From positions 1 to 39,081 of the IMG/VR virus record IMGVR_UViG_3300044477_000047: 39,081 nucleotides of DNA; one strand, written 5' to 3'. A model generated the notes under the pieces. That model was not told the origin of the DNA, did no database searches, and saw only the letters and a program-made list of their open reading frames with translations. The DNA comes from a virus (Duplodnaviria; Caudoviricetes). Position numbers and translations under genes: made by a program. This document shows, in pieces, positions 27,634 through 35,653 of this stretch; within the stretch, counting starts at the first letter, position 1; the number at the start of each line of letters is the position of its first letter.

Positions 27634-27816
27634 TCACTTCCCAACCAACACGAACACGGCGCACCAAACGATCAATGAGATTGCACTTGCGAGCCATTGT
27701 TTTTTTCTCAAATGAGAATCACTAATGTTGGTCAGTGGAAGCGTGATGGACATAAAGGTTGCAAACAACCAAATATAAAGAACAATATCAAAACGCTTCT
27801 GCATATCTGGATTCAT
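27634..27816 (-). CDS. Small two-TM membrane protein
   Basis: GGAGG RBS, ATGA overlap, two hydrophobic segments. Confidence 0.6.
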   Translation of the reverse strand: MNPDMQKRFDIVLYIWLFATFMSITLPLTNISDSHLRKKQWLASAISLIVWCAVFVLVGK

Positions 27817-28067
27817 AAATTCACCTCCCCAAATGCTAGAAACTCTGACGCATCCACCCCTGCCTTCTTCATTCTGTCCCACGCCCGTGCGGTTTTTTCC
27901 CTACCCTCTCCATGGAGTTCGTGCGTCATCCGGTAAATAGACTCAGCAATTGCTAACCTGAAAAGTAACTGCTTCAACTTCTTGTTTTCGGCTTCCAACT
28001 CCCTGCACTGCGTTTCAATTTGGATGATCCGTTCCCGCTGCATATCATTGGCTTGTTCTGGCATCAC
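27813..28067 (-). CDS. Hypothetical coiled-coil protein
   Basis: Start overlaps the MTase stop; AGGAG RBS. Confidence 0.6.
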   Translation of the reverse strand: MMPEQANDMQRERIIQIETQCRELEAENKKLKQLLFRLAIAESIYRMTHELHGEGREKTARAWDRMKKAGVDASEFLAFGEVNL

Positions 28068-28921
28068 TCATCTCCTATTCCGATCAGTTTTTTAAAAGCT
28101 TCCCTGTAGACTTCCGGCGGGTTGGTATTGCCCAAGGCTCTAATTCGGTGGTCCCGACACGGAACCCCTGCATCCACTCGTAAAAGCTCGCGGGTGCAGG
28201 TTTCAAGGTCATGAACTTCCATATCGCGGATAGGTGGGGAGAGTTTCTCGCCAACTCTGATTCTGTTCCAACTCCCTTCACGTCCCGGCTTGCAGGGGTT
28301 GGAAGCCGGGACGCTTTCATCAGACCAAGGAAGTAATCCAGAACTCGCCCGTTTTTCCACGCAGTCGCCAACCCATCCCCTGAATTCCGTGATGCACCCT
28401 TTCGGTTGTGGTTCCCGCAAACGGTCGGCGTCGGAAGCAAGGAGGAACCATCGGAGTCGTTTATGCGGCGCTCCGACATCTCGAGCGGATACAAGACACC
28501 ACCTACAGTCATACCCGCGTTCGGTAAACGCGGTGATGACTTGCAGACCGCCTCGAACAAGGATTGCTGCGACGTTTTCCAAGAAGACAAACGCCGGTCG
28601 AACGTCATCGACGATGCGCACGATCTCGAAGAAAAGACCGCTTTGCTTTCCACCAAGGCCTTCACCGCGTCCGGCAGTAGAAATGTCCGTGCATGGGAAC
28701 CCTCCGTAGATGATGTCTGCGAATCCCGCAGGCAACCTGAGCGTTCTAACATCATCCCAGCATGGTGCTCTCCTGATCTCTCTGCGAAACTGTCAGGATA
28801 GGAGGATTCCTCTCGCATACGGATCGATTTCGCAGTAGGCGACGGGATCGACCCACTCGGAGATTCCATCCGACATCGCCCCGATTCCTGAGAACAGATC
28901 GACTCCTCGAAGTAGTGCCAC
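28064..28921 (-). pseudogene. C5-cytosine DNA methyltransferase, alpha subunit, with one in-frame TGA at 28793-28795
   Basis: Track ORFs 28793..29035 and 28064..28735 are in the same frame. Motifs present: I (DLFSGIG), II (CEID), IV (GGFPC), VI (ENV), VIII (PHKRLRWF) and X (RALGN). Confidence 0.85.
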
Positions 28922-28923
28922 AT
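28084..28923 (-). CDS. C5-MTase beta subunit nested in an alternative frame (M.EcoHK31I-type)
   Basis: ~280-codon open frame with LPTP repeats, GNHNRKGASRNSGDGLAT and motif-IX-like FYEWMQGFRVGTTEL. True start uncertain. Confidence 0.75.
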   Translation of the reverse strand: MWHYFEESICSQESGRCRMESPSGSIPSPTAKSIRMREESSYPDSFAERSGEHHAGMMLERSGCLRDSQTSSTEGSHARTFLLPDAVKALVESKAVFSSRSCASSMTFDRRLSSWKTSQQSLFEAVCKSSPRLPNAGMTVGGVLYPLEMSERRINDSDGSSLLPTPTVCGNHNRKGASRNSGDGLATAWKNGRVLDYFLGLMKASRLPTPASRDVKGVGTESELARNSPHLSAIWKFMTLKPAPASFYEWMQGFRVGTTELEPWAIPTRRKSTGKLLKN

Positions 28924-29120
28924 CACCCCTCCCGCTGCGGAAACCGCTTGTCAAACTCGGCAAGTAGCAAGTCGGCAAGTAGCAAGTCGGCAAGATGACT
29001 CTTCTCGTAAATGTCAGCCGCGCCAGCCGAGGCAAACTTCACCCACGCATCCCGTCGCTCTCGTGGTGTTGGCACGTCAACAGGGGTAGCAACCTGAATA
29101 TCATCTCCAGCCGACTTCAT
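28923..29120 (-). CDS. Hypothetical protein
   Basis: ATGA-coupled; contains a 15-bp tandem duplication. Confidence 0.6.
   Translation of the reverse strand: MKSAGDDIQVATPVDVPTPRERRDAWVKFASAGAADIYEKSHLADLLLADLLLAEFDKRFPQREG
28957..28994. repeat. 15-bp tandem repeat x2.5 (TCGGCAAGTAGCAAG)
   Basis: Seen directly; encodes LADLL-LADLL-LAE. Confidence 0.9.
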
Positions 29121-29551
29121 TGTGAACCTTCAAAATACCTGGCATAGTTTCGCTCAAAAAACGATCTCTTGTCGGACAAATCGGACAACTCCCGCTCTTT
29201 TTTAAACCGCTCTCTGTCAAAATACTCAAGAACGGATTCCTTTGAAACAGTCAACTCATAATCCTTTGCGGCACAAATCTCAGTATCCTTTGTCTCTGAG
29301 TTAACATACGAGAAATTCAGACCATTACCGCTGTAACCATTTTCAAGATACGCAATTACCAATGTAGGAAGATTCTTGAATTCATCAAATCCAGCGATAA
29401 CACCTGGGTATGATACATACTCATTGTACTTCTTTAAAAGCAATTTTACCCTGTCACCGACCTTGTAATTCTCAATCTTTTTCGCAGTTCTTAAATCAAC
29501 CTCAATCTTTACACCGTTGATCTCAACAATTCGGACATTTTCATTTTCCAT
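29117..29551 (-). CDS. Hypothetical phage protein
   Basis: 144 aa; GGAGG RBS; KVGDRVKLL SH3-like start. Confidence 0.75.
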   Translation of the reverse strand: MENENVRIVEINGVKIEVDLRTAKKIENYKVGDRVKLLLKKYNEYVSYPGVIAGFDEFKNLPTLVIAYLENGYSGNGLNFSYVNSETKDTEICAAKDYELTVSKESVLEYFDRERFKKERELSDLSDKRSFFERNYARYFEGSQ

Positions 29552-29552
29552 T

Positions 29553-29849
29553 TCATACCTCCATTATTTTTACATGAAATTCTAATAGACGCTTTCCGCC
29601 TTTGTCTTTCGACAATCGATGATCTCCACGTTCTTTGAATATTTTAGTCAAAATCGCATGCATTTCGTCCTGGTCATAAACGTCGTCATATTCTTCAAGT
29701 GGCTTGATCTTATTTTCAAGCCGAAGATTGAACATCGTATTTTGAACACGAGTATATTTAACGCCGTACTTTTTCGCATAAGTCCGAATCGTCTCACCAT
29801 TTACTGGGATGAATCTTCGCGTGATGGATTCAATACACTTCATTTTCAT
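29553..29849 (-). CDS. Hypothetical, possible DNA-binding protein
   Basis: GETIRTYAKKYGVKYTRV is HTH-like. Confidence 0.55.
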   Translation of the reverse strand: MKMKCIESITRRFIPVNGETIRTYAKKYGVKYTRVQNTMFNLRLENKIKPLEEYDDVYDQDEMHAILTKIFKERGDHRLSKDKGGKRLLEFHVKIMEV

Positions 29850-29857
29850 AATGCACC

Positions 29858-29987
29858 AAATAAAAACCCCAGTAGAATCTAGCCCTGATCCTACTGGGGT
29901 ACGTGCAGCTTGCGCCGCTTGTGCTTATAATCCCACCGGGGCTAACGGTGTTTTCAGTCTTTTACGACATTAGATATTGTTCGTCAA
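29858..29987 (-). promoter_or_regulatory. Promoter plus kissing-loop attenuator leader C
   Basis: TTGACG-N17-TAAAAG. Hairpin loop UUAGCCC, GCAA tetraloop hairpin, then a 14-bp terminator with loop AGGGCUA and a U tract. Confidence 0.7.
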
Positions 29988-30177
29988 CACGTTCTGTCGC
30001 TTTTTTATCTCCCCTACATTCTGAGCACATAGGGAGATTCCGAGATATTCGGGGAATGAACAACTTACCGCACTTCACGCATTTCACTTCCCGGCATGTT
30101 GTGCAAAGCCCACTGGCGTGAGTGGCCGGTTTTCCACATTTTATGCATGGATGAGTCGATCCGTTTCTGTTCTTCAC
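29962..30177 (-). CDS. Small Zn-finger protein (4x CxxC)
   Basis: GTG at 30177 overlaps the upstream stop. CIKC, CTTC, CVKC and CSEC. Confidence 0.6.
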   Translation of the reverse strand: MKNRNGSTHPCIKCGKPATHASGLCTTCREVKCVKCGKLFIPRISRNLPMCSECRGDKKATERVDEQYLMS

Positions 30178-30533
30178 TCGCCAATACTCCCCCTCGGGAC
30201 TACTATTTCGGCAACAAACGGCCTCGCCGCGCTCCCCTTCCAAATCTCGAGCGTGCCGGGGCCATAAACGCGCCACAACTTCAATTTAATTCTGTAGTCC
30301 GATTTTTCAAGTCCCTTGGCCTCGCACCACACCCGAAGTCCTGTTGACTTTTCGATGAATGAAAAATCAACCTTCCACGAAATGCAAGCGGCGGTCAGGT
30401 CGACGCAGTGCTGCTTTCGGATGTCGGAAATCTCGCCAGCGCGTTCACGGGTGAGCAATAATTGGTAAACGGAATATTCAAGCCTAGATGAAAAACCACC
30501 TTGCCGCTTTGCGTGATATTTGTTCATAATCAC
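30174..30533 (-). CDS. DUF1064-like PD-(D/E)xK endonuclease
   Basis: Motifs NKYHAK, FSSRLE, VDF, EAKG and YRIKLKL. Confidence 0.75.
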   Translation of the reverse strand: MIMNKYHAKRQGGFSSRLEYSVYQLLLTRERAGEISDIRKQHCVDLTAACISWKVDFSFIEKSTGLRVWCEAKGLEKSDYRIKLKLWRVYGPGTLEIWKGSAARPFVAEIVVPRGSIGE

Positions 30534-32797
30534 TTCACAATTGAGAATAGGTCTATGGTGTCGCGTGTCGCATCTTCGATGTTCTTGACGGCCTGTTTAT
30601 AATATGACGCCTTTAGTTCGGAACCGATGAAGTTCCTGCCGTGCTTAACAGCGCAGTAGCCCTCAGATCCAACGCCCATGAATGGCGAAAACACTAAATC
30701 GCCCTTAGCCGAATAGAGCGCCAAACATCGGATAATGACTTCTAGCTGCAACGGGCATATATGCCTTTCGTCATCGTTTTCGCGTCCAGCGCGATAGTTA
30801 AGTGTATTGGATGGGTTGATGTCCATCCAAATCGGTGACGCAATTTTCTGCCAAAGGTCAACCGGGAACTCCTTTGCATCGTGAGCGATTGGTTTTGTGT
30901 TTTCACCTGGCTTCCTCATTGTGACGACGTAATCAGGGATGCCCATGCGATTCATGCTGGAATCCTTGCGGATCTGCTTATGGAGCAATCCAAGCGCCTT
31001 TGTTCTCTGCATTGCCGTTACTGGGTCTTTCCAAATGCAAACCTCTGAATGGTAGATAAATCCAGAATCCTGAAATGCGCGGATGAGATTCCCGCGAAAA
31101 TCACGAATACCGATATACCCATCCCGTTCTTTCGAAGTTGGTAAATTCATACAGTGGAATGAAACAAGCCTGCCGGGACGGATGACGCGATAAAGTTCTT
31201 TCACAAGAAAGATGAAATGATTAAAAAACTCATCCTGATCTTTCACGTTCCCCATATCTCTATCTGAATTTGAGTAGACATAGAGCGAAGCAAAGGGAGG
31301 CGAGAATATAGAATAATCAATGGAATTATCAGGAAGTCCACGCGCCACATCCACGCAATCGCCAAGATATAGTTTATTATCTCCAATTGAATTAACTTCA
31401 AACATATACTTTGATTTCTCCTTTTTCGCTTGTGATATCGTCTGGGTTGTAAAGTTCGATATAGCCTTTGCCATCTCATTTGAAAGTTCTTCAATCTGTG
31501 ACTGCTTGCGTCTGAGATTGCGAAGCGTTCCCTGCTCAATATCGGTTGTTATCAAATGAACTGTGACCTTGCGCTTTTGTCCGAACCGATAGCATCGCCG
31601 AATCGCTTGATAAAGCTCCTCGAATGAATCCGTTAAACCAGTGAAAATCATATCGCTACAGTGCTGAAAGTTAAGCCCAAATCCCATGATTGACGGTTTG
31701 CTAATGATTCCTCGTTTTTTCTCTGTGACAAAATCAATAACTTCGGATTCCTTGTTCTCTGGTGTATCCGATCCACGAACCGTCGCAAAGTCAGGAGAAA
31801 GTTTATCAAGCGCGTCGTGTTCGTCATTGCGATGACACCACAAAATAACTGGGCGGTCTGTTATCTGTCCCAGAATATCCCTGACTTTATCAATTCGTGG
31901 GTCAAGCGTCTCACGTTTGGCTTGCGACTTCTCGACGATCCCAGATGCTTCACAGGCGAATAGCTGGCCTTCCGTTTTGAATCCCGTTTTGATTATGTGT
32001 TCTTTGATTTCAAGTTCAGGAAGCAGATATTTTTCAGCGTCCGACTCAAAGCCGATATCGGCGGGAGTCTTGAACATGACAGCCCATGTTGAAACCCACT
32101 CAAAGAACTTACGCCGACCGTGCCCCTTGAGTCTCCATTTTGAAGTCTCGCCGCCGTCGTGTACAAAAAACATCGAAAGCATTTCGGTGTATCCCATGAT
32201 GCCCAGAAACTCCGCATGATTCCCAATCTCCATGAAGTCGTTAGGGGATGGTGTAGCGGTGCATGCCAGTCGATACGGGATATCCTTGCACGATTCAATA
32301 AGAGCGTTTCTTGTTTTCGACGTGTGATGTTTCAGGATTGACGATTCATCGAGAACGATCCCATCGAACCATGCTCCATCGCTGTTTTTCAGCGGGAACT
32401 TATCAAGCATTTCATAGTTTGTGATAAATATCCCAGTCGGAACATTCCCATATTCATCATACGGCATTTTCCTAACGTATGTGACGGTAACGCCAAAATC
32501 GTGCGCTTCTTTGACGGTCTGCTGCGCAACGCAGAGTGGTGCAACAATTAACACTCTGTTTCCTGTGTAGGAATGGACCGCTTGCGCCCAGGATATTTGC
32601 ATGGCCGTTTTTCCTAACCCTGTATCAGCAAAGATGGCAGCACGTCCACGGCGAAGCGCCCACTTGACTACCTCCCGTTGAAACTCAAACGGCTCCTTTG
32701 TCCTGTCATGTAGATAAAACATTTTATCTTCGGCTTCGAATCCGTGAGATTTAGTTACAAATGATTTAGATTCAATAAAAGCCTCGTATGATTTCAT
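30530..32797 (-). CDS. SF2 (SNF2-like) helicase fused to an amino-(N4C/N6A) DNA methyltransferase
   Basis: Helicase motifs DTGLGKT, LDES, TAT and QAIRRCYRFGQ. MTase motifs SPPF and SPFMGVGS (beta order). ATG 32797 is ATGA-coupled. Confidence 0.9.
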   Translation of the reverse strand: MKSYEAFIESKSFVTKSHGFEAEDKMFYLHDRTKEPFEFQREVVKWALRRGRAAIFADTGLGKTAMQISWAQAVHSYTGNRVLIVAPLCVAQQTVKEAHDFGVTVTYVRKMPYDEYGNVPTGIFITNYEMLDKFPLKNSDGAWFDGIVLDESSILKHHTSKTRNALIESCKDIPYRLACTATPSPNDFMEIGNHAEFLGIMGYTEMLSMFFVHDGGETSKWRLKGHGRRKFFEWVSTWAVMFKTPADIGFESDAEKYLLPELEIKEHIIKTGFKTEGQLFACEASGIVEKSQAKRETLDPRIDKVRDILGQITDRPVILWCHRNDEHDALDKLSPDFATVRGSDTPENKESEVIDFVTEKKRGIISKPSIMGFGLNFQHCSDMIFTGLTDSFEELYQAIRRCYRFGQKRKVTVHLITTDIEQGTLRNLRRKQSQIEELSNEMAKAISNFTTQTISQAKKEKSKYMFEVNSIGDNKLYLGDCVDVARGLPDNSIDYSIFSPPFASLYVYSNSDRDMGNVKDQDEFFNHFIFLVKELYRVIRPGRLVSFHCMNLPTSKERDGYIGIRDFRGNLIRAFQDSGFIYHSEVCIWKDPVTAMQRTKALGLLHKQIRKDSSMNRMGIPDYVVTMRKPGENTKPIAHDAKEFPVDLWQKIASPIWMDINPSNTLNYRAGRENDDERHICPLQLEVIIRCLALYSAKGDLVFSPFMGVGSEGYCAVKHGRNFIGSELKASYYKQAVKNIEDATRDTIDLFSIVK

Positions 32798-33381
32798 TTC
32801 CAGTTTCTCCAATCGGGATTGGATGCTCTCGCACCAAATATTCGGCGGTTCATGTCGCAAGCGTCAATACCGGCTTGGATGCAAAGATCACGCATTTTCA
32901 TAGGATCAACCGGCAGTTCATTTTCTTGTAGGAACTTTCTGACATGCCTATCGATTGGGAACGCAGGGAGATTCATGAAGTCTCTCAAAAACATCCAAAG
33001 GACTTTGTACTGTCTCCCGCCGAACATAGAAAAAAACATCATGGTTGAATGCCGATAATCCGGCCACATCCGAAGATCAGAAACCACCTGGTTGAAAGAT
33101 GATCCAGATCGACGGTGATATTTAATAAGCGTTTGGAGCATCCGATTCTGCCACTCAAGGGGATAGATCGTTGTAGTCGGGGAAAGCTCGCGAATATCAA
33201 AATCATCCTTTCCATTAAAGGCGGATTCCATGGCATCGCGTTGAACTTTTTCCCTGCGCGATATAGCCCACGGACCGGCTCCAATGCAAACCAAAATGGA
33301 CTCACTAGGTGACTGCGGTAGCCATCTCCAATCTGGGCATTCTGGCAATTTCAAATATGCGTTAACAAGACGATTTAACAT
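32794..33381 (-). CDS. HhH-GPD superfamily (DNA glycosylase-like) protein
   Basis: K-V-x-x-M-F...PAFPIDRHVRK resembles the HhH Lys plus the (F)P(V)D(T)HV Asp motif. Confidence 0.55.
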   Translation of the reverse strand: MLNRLVNAYLKLPECPDWRWLPQSPSESILVCIGAGPWAISRREKVQRDAMESAFNGKDDFDIRELSPTTTIYPLEWQNRMLQTLIKYHRRSGSSFNQVVSDLRMWPDYRHSTMMFFSMFGGRQYKVLWMFLRDFMNLPAFPIDRHVRKFLQENELPVDPMKMRDLCIQAGIDACDMNRRIFGARASNPDWRNWK

Positions 33382-33390
33382 GGCAGCTCC

Positions 33391-33515
33391 AAAAATAAAA
33401 ACGCCTTGGACCCGCAAGAATCCAAGGCGCTCAAAGGGTTTTTATGCCCAATGATTATTCCTTAACCGCTTGCGGACGGTTCGTTTTTAATATGACAAAC
33501 CGAATAAAATGTCAA
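33391..33515 (-). promoter_or_regulatory. Promoter plus kissing-loop attenuator leader B
   Basis: TTGACA-N17-TATTAA. Hairpin loop CCGCAA; terminator GCGCCUUGGA/UCCAAGGCGU with UUGCGG in its loop and a U tract. Confidence 0.7.
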
Positions 33516-33811
33516 TCCACAACTTCCCGCGACTCTTCAAGCATATGGTCATATTCACGTTTGATTCGGATTTCGTAAATCCCTTCGGGAAGAACGCCCT
33601 TACCGTGTTCGGCATGATCCAAAGTAACCTCGGATTTGCACACGAGGAACTTTTTACCGGAAGACTCCCCGATAAACGCATCGCCTGATATAATGTCGTG
33701 GCTGTTATTATCACCGCTATGGAGCACAGACCCCCTATGCGGTTCTATCCCTTTCGGCAATTTGTCAATCGCCCAAATCATAACGTCACCATGTCTATAA
33801 ACCTTTTTCAT
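33512..33811 (-). CDS. Small His-rich (RHGDV...HAEH...REYD) protein, usual partner of DUF6745-like genes
   Basis: Motifs RHGDV, HxEH and GIYEIRIKREY. Confidence 0.7.
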   Translation of the reverse strand: MKKVYRHGDVMIWAIDKLPKGIEPHRGSVLHSGDNNSHDIISGDAFIGESSGKKFLVCKSEVTLDHAEHGKGVLPEGIYEIRIKREYDHMLEESREVVD

Positions 33812-33813
33812 GA

Positions 33814-35181
33814 TTATCTCTCCCACACCATTTCGATTTTATCGGCGTCTTCAACGCCGTGTTGATATTCCCAGCCCTGCTTCGCCGTCATAGTTCCAGG
33901 CAAACAGCCCTCAATATACGTTTTACCAGAAGATGGGCACGTCATTAACATATAGGGCCGATCCCGTTTGTCCCCGAGATCAAACGTAATTAGCTTGCAT
34001 CCCCGGTACTCATCTATAACCCGGTAACCAAGAATCTTCGCAAGGCGCTCCATCCCGATTTTGAGGATGACTTCACGGCGCTGATCCGTGTTTTTGATCG
34101 ATAGAAAATCCTCCTTTGTGATTTCGTCAGGAGCCTTATTACACATCCACGGCTCCATGTTCACGCCGTGCATCTGGTAAATACAACTGCCGTCCGCCCA
34201 CTGAATATACGGCCCTGTGGTGCAGTGGCCACGGCCCCGGTCGTCGTACTCAAACTTTATGGGGAACTCGGAGACTATACAAAACTTTTCGTGCATAAAT
34301 CGAAACCCTGAAATTTCGGCTAGACGCTCGTAATGCGCCCATTTTGAGTAATCGAGCGGGAGTTTAACTACGTGGCGGAAAAACGAAAGGTACGACACCC
34401 ACCCGCTCCACATATTCCCGCCCCGGCACAACCTACCGGCAGAACAGACGCAGGCGACTCCAAAGCCTGTAACCCCGAATTTACCTTCGATCACGGAAAG
34501 GAATCGGGGGTCAAATCCATACTTAAACTTTGCGTCGCTCGTGGCGGCGCTTGTGGCGGCGTATGTGGCGACGCTTGTGGTATCGCGTGTGGCGTCGTCT
34601 ATGGCGGCGCGTGTGGCGTCGTCTGTGGCGGCGTTCGTGGCGTCGTTCGTGGCGTCGTCTGTGGCGTCGTCTGTGGCGGCGTTCGTGGCGTCGTTCGTGG
34701 CGTCGTTCGTGGCGTCGTCTGTGGCGTCGTCTATGGCGGCGTCTGTGGCGACGTCTATGGCGGCGCTTGTGGCGTCGCTTGTGGCGGCGCGTGTGGCGTC
34801 GTATGTGGCGACGATTGTGGCGACGTCTATGGCGGCGCTTGTGGCGTCGCTTGTGGCGGCGCGTGTGGCGGAGCTTGTGGCGACGTCTGTGGCGGCGCGT
34901 GTGGCGAAGTCTGTGGCGGCGAAAAAAGAAGGGTTCGCACGCTTATACCATACAGCCGCGGATAAGCCCGCGGAGAACCTGGCTGCAAACGGACTAGGTG
35001 CGATGACAATCCTGTGGTCAGGAGGCGGTGTCAGATTAGCGGCCCGATACAGCCCTTTCACGTGCTCAACCACCTCAGCACGTTCTGACTCGGTCATCCT
35101 CCCGGTCTTTCTCGCGTTTGCAATCCATTTGTCGGCCCAAGGTTTTAGTTCTTTTCGGTGCTCTTTGGTCAAAGAATACAT
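33814..35181 (-). CDS. DUF6745-like protein with a central 4-aa repeat tract
   Basis: GGAGG RBS and ATG at 35181. C-domain motifs GHCTTGPYIQWADG..HGV, NTDQRR and MTCPSSGK. Confidence 0.75.
   Translation of the reverse strand: MYSLTKEHRKELKPWADKWIANARKTGRMTESERAEVVEHVKGLYRAANLTPPPDHRIVIAPSPFAARFSAGLSAAVWYKRANPSFFAATDFATRAATDVATSSATRAATSDATSAAIDVATIVATYDATRAATSDATSAAIDVATDAAIDDATDDATNDATNDATNAATDDATDDATNDATNAATDDATRAAIDDATRDTTSVATYAATSAATSDAKFKYGFDPRFLSVIEGKFGVTGFGVACVCSAGRLCRGGNMWSGWVSYLSFFRHVVKLPLDYSKWAHYERLAEISGFRFMHEKFCIVSEFPIKFEYDDRGRGHCTTGPYIQWADGSCIYQMHGVNMEPWMCNKAPDEITKEDFLSIKNTDQRREVILKIGMERLAKILGYRVIDEYRGCKLITFDLGDKRDRPYMLMTCPSSGKTYIEGCLPGTMTAKQGWEYQHGVEDADKIEMVWER
34534..34917. repeat. 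32 x 12-bp degenerate tandem repeat (GCC-AYR-NNC-NNC on minus)
   Basis: Counted directly; encodes A-T/I-x-x. Confidence 0.95.
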
Positions 35182-35218
35182 ATTACCTCCTGTGATTATT
35201 GGATTCTGATTCTGTTTC

Positions 35219-35653
35219 TTATTTTTTATATTCTGAAATGATCGAACCAAGCGACGCAAGGCACCCAATATGGATGGGAATTGCAGAAGGCCGATTCTTC
35301 AATTCACGCAATTCGTCATCGTTCATTTCAGCTAGTGGCTTGCTATAAAAATCAGACAACCGCCCACGTTCAGACATTTCGGCGTTGATCAAATTTCCAT
35401 CATTCGCCCGATTCTGATCGTTGCGGTTAAAAAAATGTGTCTGACAAAACCACCTTGTATCTTCACTAGCCATGTTGGTTGCGGTCATGGTTCCTCTGTG
35501 TTCGCATCGGAATCCATCGCGGTGCGTCCATGAGCATCTTCGGTCCTTGGGTTCTGGAAGCAATTCACCTGATTCACCTCGAAATGCATACCCACACACG
35601 CATCGGATGCCTTGGTTCACTCGTTTACATTCTGGGCATATTCTGTTGGTCAT
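35219..35653 (-). CDS. Zn-binding hypothetical protein next to the initiator
   Basis: CPEC, CVCG, C..C and FCQTH; ATGA-coupled. Confidence 0.6.
   Translation of the reverse strand: MTNRICPECKRVNQGIRCVCGYAFRGESGELLPEPKDRRCSWTHRDGFRCEHRGTMTATNMASEDTRWFCQTHFFNRNDQNRANDGNLINAEMSERGRLSDFYSKPLAEMNDDELRELKNRPSAIPIHIGCLASLGSIISEYKK

Noticed and set aside
28793-28795. Alternative genetic code (TGA recoded)
   Set aside because: TGA is the evident stop in many ATGA-coupled genes, and the other long genes are intact in code 11.
29858-29950. Pistol ribozyme (hairpin loop pseudoknot)
   Set aside because: The partner sequence lies in a distant terminator loop, and I do not see the pistol core arrangement.
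26132-34917. CRISPR or TIGR-like arrays in the two repeat tracts
   Set aside because: Units are 6-12 bp, codon-phased, inside ORFs, and have no unique spacers or effector gene.
33814-35181. Diversity-generating retroelement
   Set aside because: No reverse transcriptase and no TR/VR pair seen anywhere in the genome.
34372-35209. Plus-strand ORFs (RRLW, GVVCG, VAAS repeats)
   Set aside because: Shadows of a stop-free repeat, antisense to a gene with a recognisable domain and RBS.
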